Origin: a virus
Taxonomy: Duplodnaviria > Heunggongvirae > Uroviricota > Caudoviricetes
Strand: one strand, 5' to 3'
IMG/VR virus record: IMGVR_UViG_2713896790_000003
DNA length: 21,197 nucleotides
A program made the translations under genes and the position numbers. The notes beneath the pieces were generated by a model that did no database searches, had not been told where the DNA came from, and saw nothing but the letters and a program-made list of their open reading frames with translations. Below are positions 14,918 through 21,197 of the stretch, piece by piece. Position 1 is the first letter of the stretch. Each line of letters begins with the position of its first letter.

Positions 14918-15752
14918 GGTTTACCCCCTTGCTGACTGGCTTAACCTGCGCCCTGACGTGATTTACGTGACGGGCGAATTTCTGCTCCCACTGAACCTGC
15001 GTGAAAACTTTCCCCTCCGCTGCCCAGTAGTCCCGGAAAGCGGCAAGTTCAGCAGGTGTAAATTCCGGCTCCGGCAAAGCCATCCCCCACAACGCAGCCC
15101 GTCGTCGAAAATCCGGCGACGGATGCCAGTCATCGACCATCGGAAATTTCCCGATGGGTTCGCTCAGTCCATCCAGGGATGCAGGTTCTGCTGCCTGCAA
15201 CGGCGTACCACTCGACTCACTGGTCGGAGCACTCTCGCGCACGTGCGCGTTATGTGTGGGGTTTAATTCTTTATCTGTATCTTTATCTGTCGTGACTCGT
15301 CGTGACATGTCGTGACATATGCGTGACTCGTCGTGACACCCCTCATTCTGTTTTCGTAATTTTTCCCTCTCGCGCTGCGCTCTCTTGCGCTCTGCCGGGG
15401 ATTTCGCGGTTTGTGAAACGTTGCCATTGTCCTCTTTCAGTACCTGGCGTTTTTCCCATCCGGTGATTAAATCTCCATCAAGTACCCGCCCCTGCATTGC
15501 CTGTAAAATTGAATCAATTACTTCTTCCGTCACATCAAGCGCACTTGCTAAATCTTCCGTCGTGACATCAATGTGACCACGTAGTGACACGCCGTGACAT
15601 GTCGTGACATTTCGTGACGCGCTCACCAGAAGGTGGATATACACTGCCATCACTGTTGCAATTGGCTGCCCTGACACCCTGGCAATTGTTCGCCACTTAG
15701 GGTCATTTGGCATGTCATGCCATAATCTGAGCCAGGCGTTAGCCATACTCAC
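14706..15752 (-). CDS. Replisome organiser (lambda O-like) replication initiator
   Basis: 348-aa ORF; N-terminus MANAWLRLWHDMPNDPKWRTIAR resembles the replisome-organiser N-terminal domain; lies between a cII-position gene and the P-like gene; contains iteron arrays. Confidence 0.65.
   Translation of the reverse strand: MSMANAWLRLWHDMPNDPKWRTIARVSGQPIATVMAVYIHLLVSASRNVTTCHGVSLRGHIDVTTEDLASALDVTEEVIDSILQAMQGRVLDGDLITGWEKRQVLKEDNGNVSQTAKSPAERKRAQREREKLRKQNEGCHDESRICHDMSRRVTTDKDTDKELNPTHNAHVRESAPTSESSGTPLQAAEPASLDGLSEPIGKFPMVDDWHPSPDFRRRAALWGMALPEPEFTPAELAAFRDYWAAEGKVFTQVQWEQKFARHVNHVRAQVKPVSKGVNHAAAPGGTASRAVQEIRAAREQWERENGFISDGNGLEAVGTHGGGLFEPLDPEERGRTFEALDCTDWRDD
15291..15340. repeat. Iteron array 1 (putative origin), five ~10-bp direct repeats of consensus GTCGTGACAT
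   Basis: cgtgac recurs at 15291, 15301, 15311, 15322 and 15332; flanked by the AT-rich tract tttaattctttatctgtatctttatctgt (15262-15290); inside the O-like gene. Confidence 0.55.
15563..15620. repeat. Iteron array 2, six ~10-bp direct repeats of the same GTGAC-core motif
   Basis: gtgac recurs at 15563, 15574, 15584, 15594, 15604 and 15614, within the N-terminal coding part of the O-like gene. Confidence 0.5.
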
Positions 15753-15817
15753 CTCTTCTGATACCGAATCTTTTTACTCACAAATTGCCGGAAGTGATCC
15801 GGTATGAATATTGCGAG

Positions 15818-16243
15818 TCAATGCACAGCCACAATATTTCCTGCAGGGCCACCACGATTCATCTGGTTGAAACCAGCGATCGCCACTGCGACAAAATCAT
15901 CAGCGTCTCTCACCAGTCGTTCCCGCGTCTCCACCAGCTCCCGAAAATAAGCTGAACTGTGGCTGCGCATTCGGGCCACCAGCAGAGGCGGCATTGCTTT
16001 TTCGATCGCTGGTAACAACGCCTGAATTTTTTTAACCGCATCAGGAGTGTCTTTCTCCACCCAGCGGAAAATTTTCTGGGTATTGCGAGCCAGGGCTTCC
16101 GGATGGCTGTCGTCATATAATTCCGGGAACGTCATACCAAGCTCAAAATAAGCCCGGGTTATTTCAGCTGCCGGAACTTTTTCACCGTCCGGATGCGCCC
16201 AGGCATTCATCGCCATGCGGATGTGCTCATGCCTGATTTTCAT
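15818..16243 (-). CDS. YdaT-like protein in the cII position
   Basis: 141-aa ORF MKIRHEHIRMAMNAW...IVAVH; resembles Rac YdaT as I recall it and sits directly after the Cro-like gene with a 17-nt overlap. Confidence 0.5.
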   Translation of the reverse strand: MKIRHEHIRMAMNAWAHPDGEKVPAAEITRAYFELGMTFPELYDDSHPEALARNTQKIFRWVEKDTPDAVKKIQALLPAIEKAMPPLLVARMRSHSSAYFRELVETRERLVRDADDFVAVAIAGFNQMNRGGPAGNIVAVH

Positions 16244-16502
16244 GAATCAACTCCGATGCATTTGGTGTGTTAGCCTTGAATCCAACAGGTAAGCCGTCGG
16301 TTGGATTCGGGTAAATATCAGGCCGGAGTTCATGAGGTGTAACCTCGAAATTCGTTACTTCAGCAACACGTAATGCTTTTTCAGGGCTGAATCTTTCATA
16401 GCCCCCCAGCACTCGACTTACATGCACCTGAGATAAACCCGTTAGCTTCCCAAACTGTAGCTGGGTGATATGTTTCTCTTTTAAATAGTCTCTTAAGTTC
16501 AT
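16227..16502 (-). CDS. Cro-like / DicC-like HTH regulator
   Basis: 91 aa from ATG at 16502 (the track start at 16508 is TTG); HTH LQFGKLTGLSQVHVSRVLGG; divergent from the repressor gene. Confidence 0.55.
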   Translation of the reverse strand: MNLRDYLKEKHITQLQFGKLTGLSQVHVSRVLGGYERFSPEKALRVAEVTNFEVTPHELRPDIYPNPTDGLPVGFKANTPNASELIHENQA

Positions 16503-16508
16503 AGCCAA

Positions 16509-16609
16509 CCTTCTACGTTATGCCTCGAGCAAATATTAGCCCCGCTAATTTTAAAGATCAATAGCCAGACTATCTTTGATAATATTGGTAAAACAAATAA
16601 ACTCTATGT
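16509..16609. promoter_or_regulatory. Divergent promoter/operator region between the Cro-like and repressor genes
   Basis: AT-rich 100-bp intergenic region with inverted repeats (ttagc-ccc-gctaa at 16536-16548; atcaa...ttgat near 16558-16585). Confidence 0.5.
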
Positions 16610-17071
16610 ATGAAAAAAACACGCGAAGTGATTGCAACTCCAGAAGCGAGCAAGAATTTAAAAGCCGCATGGAATGCAAGAAAAAAAGAGCTGAAGCTGA
16701 CTCAAGAGCTGGCGGCTGAGTTGTTGGGATTCGAATCTCAAGGCACCGTTAGCCAGTATCTGAACGGCAAGATACCGGTAAATACCGACGCTGCGCTAAA
16801 ATTTGCGGCTCTGTTAAAGGTAAAACCAGAGGACATTCGAGAAGACCTTAAAGACTTAATGAATTATGTAAGATCATCAGATACTTATGATGATAACTTT
16901 TCAGGCAAAGGATGGAGGCTGGTCAATGAAGAACAGGCAGAGTTACTTAACCTCTTCGAGATTCTACCTGCGTCAGAAAAAGCCAAACTCCTTAACCAGC
17001 TACGTGGACTAAACAAGCTCTACGAGGAAGCCTTCGAGAACATGCTGGCACTAAAGAAACGTAACCAGTAG
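16610..17071 (+). CDS. dicA: DicA-like prophage repressor, no LexA-type autocleavage domain
   Basis: 153 aa; HTH LTQELAAELLGFESQGTVSQYLNG; C-terminus ...LFEILPASEKAKLLNQLRGLNKLYEEAFENMLALKKRNQ parallels the DicA C-terminus as I recall it; no Ala-Gly / Ser-Lys peptidase segment. Confidence 0.7.
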   Translation: MKKTREVIATPEASKNLKAAWNARKKELKLTQELAAELLGFESQGTVSQYLNGKIPVNTDAALKFAALLKVKPEDIREDLKDLMNYVRSSDTYDDNFSGKGWRLVNEEQAELLNLFEILPASEKAKLLNQLRGLNKLYEEAFENMLALKKRNQ

Positions 17072-17096
17072 CCACCGCTCACTACCCCATCCACAA

Positions 17097-17128
17097 CAAA
17101 AAAACCGACGTCTTAGTCGGTTTTTTTG
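17097..17128 (+). terminator. Rho-independent terminator after the repressor gene (bidirectional in form)
   Basis: Stem accgac / gtcggt (17104-17109 and 17116-17121) flanked by an A-run upstream and T-run downstream. Confidence 0.65.
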
Positions 17129-17224
17129 TGCCATAACTTCTGCAAATCAGCTGTATAACTAATATTTTTCCCTTGAAAAAACATTTACATAGTTACCAAA
17201 TCAAAAATATCATACGCCATACTG

Positions 17225-17253
17225 TTGACTTAAAATATCCGCGTTACTAATAT
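17225..17253 (+). promoter_or_regulatory. Candidate sigma-70 promoter for the dicB-type operon
   Basis: TTGACT (17225-17230), 17-bp spacer, TAATAT (17248-17253); about 70 bp upstream of the YdfA-like ATG. Confidence 0.5.
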
Positions 17254-17324
17254 TTCTATCAAGAACAGCACGGCGCTGTAGGTTTTAGTTCCGCCACCCG
17301 GCGTTAAGGGGAAATGAGGTCAGC

Positions 17325-17464
17325 ATGGATACTATCGAGCTTGGCAACAACGAATCTCTGGTGTACGGCGTGTTTCCCAACCAGGACGGCACATTCACCG
17401 CGATGACGTATACCAAAAGCAAAACGTTTAAAACCGAAAATGGTGCCCGTCGCTGGCTGGAAAG
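17325..17464 (+). CDS. YdfA-like small protein, truncated by the assembly gap
   Basis: MDTIELGNNESLVYGVFPNQDGTFTAMTYTKSKTFKTENGARRWLE with RBS AAGGGGAAATGAGG; resembles Qin YdfA as I recall it; the 3' end falls in the N-run. Confidence 0.5.
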
Positions 17465-17514
17465 NNNNNNNNNNNNNNNNNNNNNNNNNNNNNNNNNNNN
17501 NNNNNNNNNNNNNN
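17465..17514. other. Assembly gap (50 N)
   Basis: Run of n characters; true length and frame across it are unknown. Confidence 0.95.
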
Positions 17515-17710
17515 CATCGCGCCAGACTATACCGATGATGAACTTTATGAGTGGATGCGCCAGAAAATTAATGCAGTGCAGGATCTGAAATGGGCCAATG
17601 AAGCCAGGACTAAGCAGGCTGAAAATCTGTCCGCTCTGGAGCAGGATATCACCAGGCTGGAAAAAGCAGCGGCATTAAGCATTGCCAGAATGGTTACATA
17701 CCCACGTTAA
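17515..17710 (+). CDS. 3' fragment of a small protein whose start lies in the gap
   Basis: Open frame ...DDELYEWMRQKINAVQDLKWANEARTKQAENLSALEQDITRLEKAAALSIARMVTYPR, stop TAA at 17708-17710; differs from the frame the ORF track carried across the N-run. Confidence 0.4.
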
Positions 17711-17732
17711 TAGCTAACCAACGAGGCTAATA

Positions 17733-18134
17733 ATGGAATTTAAAGATTTACCAATGCCATTCCAGGAAATGGCAGCGAATGTGGTTCGCTCTCAACTGGC
17801 GACTCTTGACCTGAGTACTGTAGAAAAGGAAACCATCGATACTATATCCGGTAACGTGCGTCGTGCCTTTATAGGTCTGTATGAAGAGAAGCGCCTATTC
17901 GGCGGACAGAATTCGCCTGAAAACAAGAATCAAGCAAATGATGAGAAGCTGAAACACATTATCGCCTTACTTTTGGAAGACGCAAAACGTCTACAGCAAC
18001 TGGAACCAAATGCAGGCACAGTGGCCCGCATTTGGATTGCCATGAAATCACTCAAATGTGAAAGCAGTGATTATTTCAAAACAACAATTAAAACTACTCA
18101 ACTTTCGGGAGAGCTACTGAAGAAATTGCCATAA
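17733..18134 (+). CDS. Hypothetical protein (133 aa)
   Basis: ATG with GAGG about 8 nt upstream; co-directional with the dicB-type operon. Confidence 0.5.
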   Translation: MEFKDLPMPFQEMAANVVRSQLATLDLSTVEKETIDTISGNVRRAFIGLYEEKRLFGGQNSPENKNQANDEKLKHIIALLLEDAKRLQQLEPNAGTVARIWIAMKSLKCESSDYFKTTIKTTQLSGELLKKLP

Positions 18135-18372
18135 GAGCATGGTCTTTCTCTTGTTCTGCAAGATGAGCATTAATACCTGGTATGGTTTTTTCAAATTTAT
18201 CTATCTGTTGAATAACAACTTCGCGGTATACGTTTGTTTTTGTACCACCAAGCGCAGCCGTTAATGCAGAAAGCATATTTAGTATCATATCAGTGCGATA
18301 TGAAAGAATCCTGATAGCTTCATCTTGTTTTTCAATAATAGATTGCAGGGCCTCAATTTGCTTTTTATCCAT
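18094..18372 (-). CDS. Hypothetical protein (92 aa), convergent with and overlapping the 133-aa gene
   Basis: ATG at 18372 (MDKKQIEALQSIIEKQ...) with strong RBS GGAGG 6 nt upstream; the track start at 18411 is a GTG extension. Confidence 0.5.
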   Translation of the reverse strand: MDKKQIEALQSIIEKQDEAIRILSYRTDMILNMLSALTAALGGTKTNVYREVVIQQIDKFEKTIPGINAHLAEQEKDHALMAISSVALPKVE

Positions 18373-18703
18373 TTCACCCTCCTGAGGGTTGGTAATTAAG
18401 GAGTTCTCCACGGGTCAGGTGGAGTGCGTGCGCCGGACACGGGTGAGCATCCGGCACTGACAGTTTACTGAAAGGATATGTCCCTGAAAAGTCAGGGCAT
18501 AACGCGAAAGCGCACGGCGAAATTGGTCTCTCTGTACGGTGTCGTTAAATTTAGTTCGACCGTGCGCTTCCGGTTGTGGCAATCCGCGAAATGGCGCGGC
18601 GGTAAGTATGGCGGGGTTATTCCTTCCCCGCTGAGGACACCGGGTTGTCAGGTTGACCATACGCTTAAGTGACAACTCCGCTGCAACGCCCTCTGTTATC
18701 AAT

Positions 18704-18761
18704 TTTCTGGTGACTTTTGGCGGTATCAGTTCTACTCCGTGACTGCTCTGCCGCCCTTTTT
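18704..18761 (+). ncRNA. dicF: DicF small regulatory RNA (ftsZ-targeting) with 3' terminator
   Basis: tttctggtgacttttggcggtatcagttctactccgtgactgctctgccgcccttttt is near-identical to E. coli K-12 DicF as I recall it (three or so substitutions), ending in a U-run. Confidence 0.8.
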
Positions 18762-19050
18762 AAAGTGAATTTTGTGATGCGGTGAATGCGGCTCAGCGCA
18801 CGCGGAACAGTTAAAACAAGCGGTCTTTTACGGGCGTAACGGGAATGCTCTGTATCCGACGTTAATTGTTAACTGGTTAACGTCACCTGGAGGCACCAGG
18901 CACCGCATCAACAAAGTTCACTTCGGTGATGAAAGGTAGAGAAAATGTTGAATGTAGCTATTGAAAACCAGAACGGGTGGAATTATAGTGCACCTGCACC
19001 TCATAAAACGGGTGCCGGGCGTGGAAACCCGAAATCATTCACGGCGCATA

Positions 19051-19072
19051 ACCGCGCTCAGGCGGTTTTTTT
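19051..19072 (+). terminator. Putative rho-independent terminator between dicF and the Rha-like gene
   Basis: Stem accgc / gcggt with loop gctcag, followed by ttttttt. Confidence 0.5.
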
Positions 19073-19241
19073 ATGCGTTAAGCACAGCCACATTCGCATT
19101 ATGGTGGGGCGTGCAGGGCAGCCGCAAGGCTGGCCGGGTTCCGTGATGACCGGTATTTCCACCCCTGTACGTCTCACCACCCTTATGGTCGTGGAAAACC
19201 TCGGTGGTGAGTTAATCAAATTCATCGCGGAGGCTGCCATC

Positions 19242-19799
19242 ATGGCTACTATCCTTACCCTTTCTCACCCTGACGTAACCATCGAAAATGGTCGCGCTGT
19301 CACTACGTCTGTTGCGATCGCCGAGTTCTTTGGCAAACGCCACGAACGAGTGTTGGATAAAATTCGCAATCTGGACTGTTCAGCAAAATTCACTGAGCAC
19401 AATTTTGTGTCAAGCGAATACACCGACTCAACCGGGCGCAAACTCCCAATGTACCAAATCACCAAAAACGGCTTCGTTTTCCTGGTGATGGGCTTCACTG
19501 GCAAAAAAGCCGCTGCATTTAAAGAGGCATACATTGCTGAGTTCGACCGCATGGAAGCAGAACTGCGCCAGAATAACGCCCCGTCTCCCGACAAAATGAT
19601 TCACGGGGACGGACGCACCCTGGTTATCCGTCTCGACGAACACGGCAATATCAAATTCACTGAAACCGTTCCTGACGGCGCAATGGTCTGCACCCTGGAT
19701 ACCTTCCGGTTTTATCTGGAGAAACAAGGATGGACTCTTGTAAACCGGAGCGCAATTAAAAATATGACTGTGGAGCAATTGCTAAAAATTCATTGTTGA
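19242..19799 (+). CDS. Rha-family phage regulatory protein
   Basis: 185 aa from ATG at 19242 with RBS GGAGG; N-terminal TTSVAIAEFFGKRHERVLDKIRNL is the Rha signature. The track ORF extends in frame to 18945, but that extension crosses the terminator-like hairpin. Confidence 0.7.
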   Translation: MATILTLSHPDVTIENGRAVTTSVAIAEFFGKRHERVLDKIRNLDCSAKFTEHNFVSSEYTDSTGRKLPMYQITKNGFVFLVMGFTGKKAAAFKEAYIAEFDRMEAELRQNNAPSPDKMIHGDGRTLVIRLDEHGNIKFTETVPDGAMVCTLDTFRFYLEKQGWTLVNRSAIKNMTVEQLLKIHC

Positions 19800-19809
19800 G
19801 GACGCGATA

Positions 19810-19998
19810 ATGGAAACGTCACTACCAAACGTTAATACGTCTGACGGGTGCTTTAATATTGGTGTTCTGCTCAGTAACAGGGATTTCACCGAGGATGCAA
19901 TCAATATGAGAAAATATGAACCCTACCTGCTGAATGACAATTCCATACTCTCCAGAATTGCCCTTCTTAAACTCGGTATTTTCGGAGAGTGGCGATGA
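19810..19998 (+). CDS. dicB: DicB-like cell-division inhibitor (divergent homolog)
   Basis: 62 aa METSLPNVNTSDGCFNIGVLLSNRDFTEDAINMRK... against K-12 DicB MKTLLPNVNTSEGCFEIGVTISNPVFTEDAINKRK... (from memory): N-terminal ~35 aa conserved, C-terminal half differs. RBS GAGGA. Confidence 0.8.
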   Translation: METSLPNVNTSDGCFNIGVLLSNRDFTEDAINMRKYEPYLLNDNSILSRIALLKLGIFGEWR

Positions 19999-20198
19999 AC
20001 ACATTATTCGTACTCATTCTGACTGTACATCTCAATACTGGTGAGTCGCTTGATGCAATCACCGGCATGTACAACTCAATGAAAGAATGCATGGCTGCCG
20101 CAGCGGAACAGAAAATTCCCGGCAACTGTTATCCGGTCGATAAAGTTATTCACATGGACAATAACGAAATCCCGGCAGGATTAAAAACAGCGCCGTAA
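19995..20198 (+). CDS. Small protein in the YdfD position (67 aa)
   Basis: ATG overlapping the dicB stop (ATGA); hydrophobic N-terminus MNTLFVLILTVHL. Confidence 0.5.
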   Translation: MNTLFVLILTVHLNTGESLDAITGMYNSMKECMAAAAEQKIPGNCYPVDKVIHMDNNEIPAGLKTAP

Positions 20199-20277
20199 TT
20201 AATATCCAGTTTCATTTTTATATGCCAGCAATGGCAGGGATTTGTTCACCCTTAAATCTGTAATGAGGTAAAACAAA

Positions 20278-21197
20278 ATGAGTAAAGTCTTTATTTGCGC
20301 CGCCATTCCGGACGAACAGGCAATAAAGGAAGAAGGTGCCGTCGCTGTAGCCACTGCCATTGAAGCCGGTGATGAACGTCGCGCCCGCGCAAAATTTCAC
20401 TGGCAATTCCTGGAACATTATCCGGCTGCTCAGGACTGCGCTTATAAATTTCTTGTCTGCGAGGATAAACCCGGTATACCCCGCCCTGCCCTCGATTCCT
20501 GGGATGCTGAATATATGCAGGAAAACCGCTGGGATGAGGAATCTGCTTCCTTTGTCCCGGTTGAGACTGAATCAGATCCGATGAACGTCACTTTTGACAA
20601 GCTGGCCCCTGAAGTACAGAACGCTGTCATGGTTAAGTTCGACACATGTGAAAACATCACCGTTGATATGGTTATTAGCGCACAGGAATTGTTGCAGGAA
20701 GACATGGCAACATTCGACGGACATATCGTTGAAGCGTTGATGAAAATGCCAGAAGTTAACGCCATGTATCCGGAGCTTAAGCTGCATGCCATCGGGTGGG
20801 TTAAGCATAAATGTAAGCCTGGTGCCAAATGGCCCGAAATTCAGGCAGAGATGCGCATCTGGAAAAAACGTCGCGAAGGTGAACGCAAGGAAACCGGAAA
20901 ATACACGTCTGTTGTTGATCTCGCCCGCGCCAGAGCCAATCAACAGTACACTGAAAATTCAACAGGAAAAATCAGCCCGGTCATTGCTGCCATTCATCGC
21001 GAATACAAGCAGACATGGAAAACACTGGATGACGAACTGGCCTACGCTCTCTGGCCTAGTGATGTGGATGCCGGAAACATTGACGGCAGCATCCATCGCT
21101 GGGCAAAAAAAGAAGTTATCGACAACGACCGCGAAGACTGGAAGCGTATCTCGGCATCAATGCGCAAACAGCCTGATGCCCTTCGCTACGACCGCCA
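20278..21197 (+). CDS. Partial YdfE-position hypothetical protein; 3' end beyond the window
   Basis: Frame open from ATG 20278 (MSKVFICAAIPDEQAIKEEG...) to the window end (306 codons, checked); not in the ORF track because it has no stop. Confidence 0.55.
   Translation, partial: MSKVFICAAIPDEQAIKEEGAVAVATAIEAGDERRARAKFHWQFLEHYPAAQDCAYKFLVCEDKPGIPRPALDSWDAEYMQENRWDEESASFVPVETESDPMNVTFDKLAPEVQNAVMVKFDTCENITVDMVISAQELLQEDMATFDGHIVEALMKMPEVNAMYPELKLHAIGWVKHKCKPGAKWPEIQAEMRIWKKRREGERKETGKYTSVVDLARARANQQYTENSTGKISPVIAAIHREYKQTWKTLDDELAYALWPSDVDAGNIDGSIHRWAKKEVIDNDREDWKRISASMRKQPDALRYDR

Noticed and set aside
14106-15266. Plus-strand ORFs 14106-14498, 14305-14796, 14511-14783 and 14916-15266
   Set aside because: They lie antisense inside the co-directional replication genes; the high GC content there inflates chance open frames.
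18415-18702. Minus-strand 95-aa ORF upstream of DicF
   Set aside because: It overlaps the structured region immediately 5' of DicF, which is more likely processed precursor RNA; it has a non-ATG start and no RBS.
18945-19241. N-terminal extension making the Rha-like protein 284 aa
   Set aside because: The extension crosses a terminator-like hairpin, and the Rha signature begins about 20 residues after the ATG at 19242, which has its own GGAGG.
20218-20943. Minus-strand ORFs 20218-20418, 20442-20828 and 20572-20943
   Set aside because: They lie antisense inside the long plus-strand YdfE-position ORF, which is open to the window end.
1-21197. Integrase, attachment sites or IS transposase
   Set aside because: No ORF with recombinase or transposase character and no terminal inverted repeats were found; the window appears to be internal to the prophage.

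Overview
This window reads as the regulatory, replication and early-late junction part of a lambdoid prophage of the E. coli Qin / 933W type, recognised by reading the ORF translations and the DNA directly (no database search was run). From right to left, almost everything is co-directional on the minus strand: a DicA-like repressor with a divergent Cro-like gene, a YdaT-like protein, replisome-organiser (O-like) and P-like genes with 10-bp iteron arrays, about 17 tightly coupled small nin-type ORFs including a DUF4406 protein, a HokD-like toxin, DUF968, RusA, a Q-like antiterminator, an orphan DNA methyltransferase, three tRNAs, a toxin-free stx-equivalent locus holding a duplicated ~230-bp element, and a partial NanS-p-like esterase. 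On the plus strand, right of the repressor, sits a dicB-type operon (YdfA-like, DicF sRNA, an inserted Rha gene, DicB-like, YdfD-like, partial YdfE-like). The strongest candidate for an undescribed system is a self-contained two-gene cassette at 7549-9416 next to hokD: a 216-aa protein I cannot place, overlapping a fused XRE-HTH / ImmA-IrrE (HEXXH) metallopeptidase, with its own -35 and flanking terminators. The sequence is draft quality (ambiguous bases at 9584 and 9599, a 50-N gap at 17465-17514). No integrase, att site, CRISPR array, IS element or Shiga toxin gene is visible.
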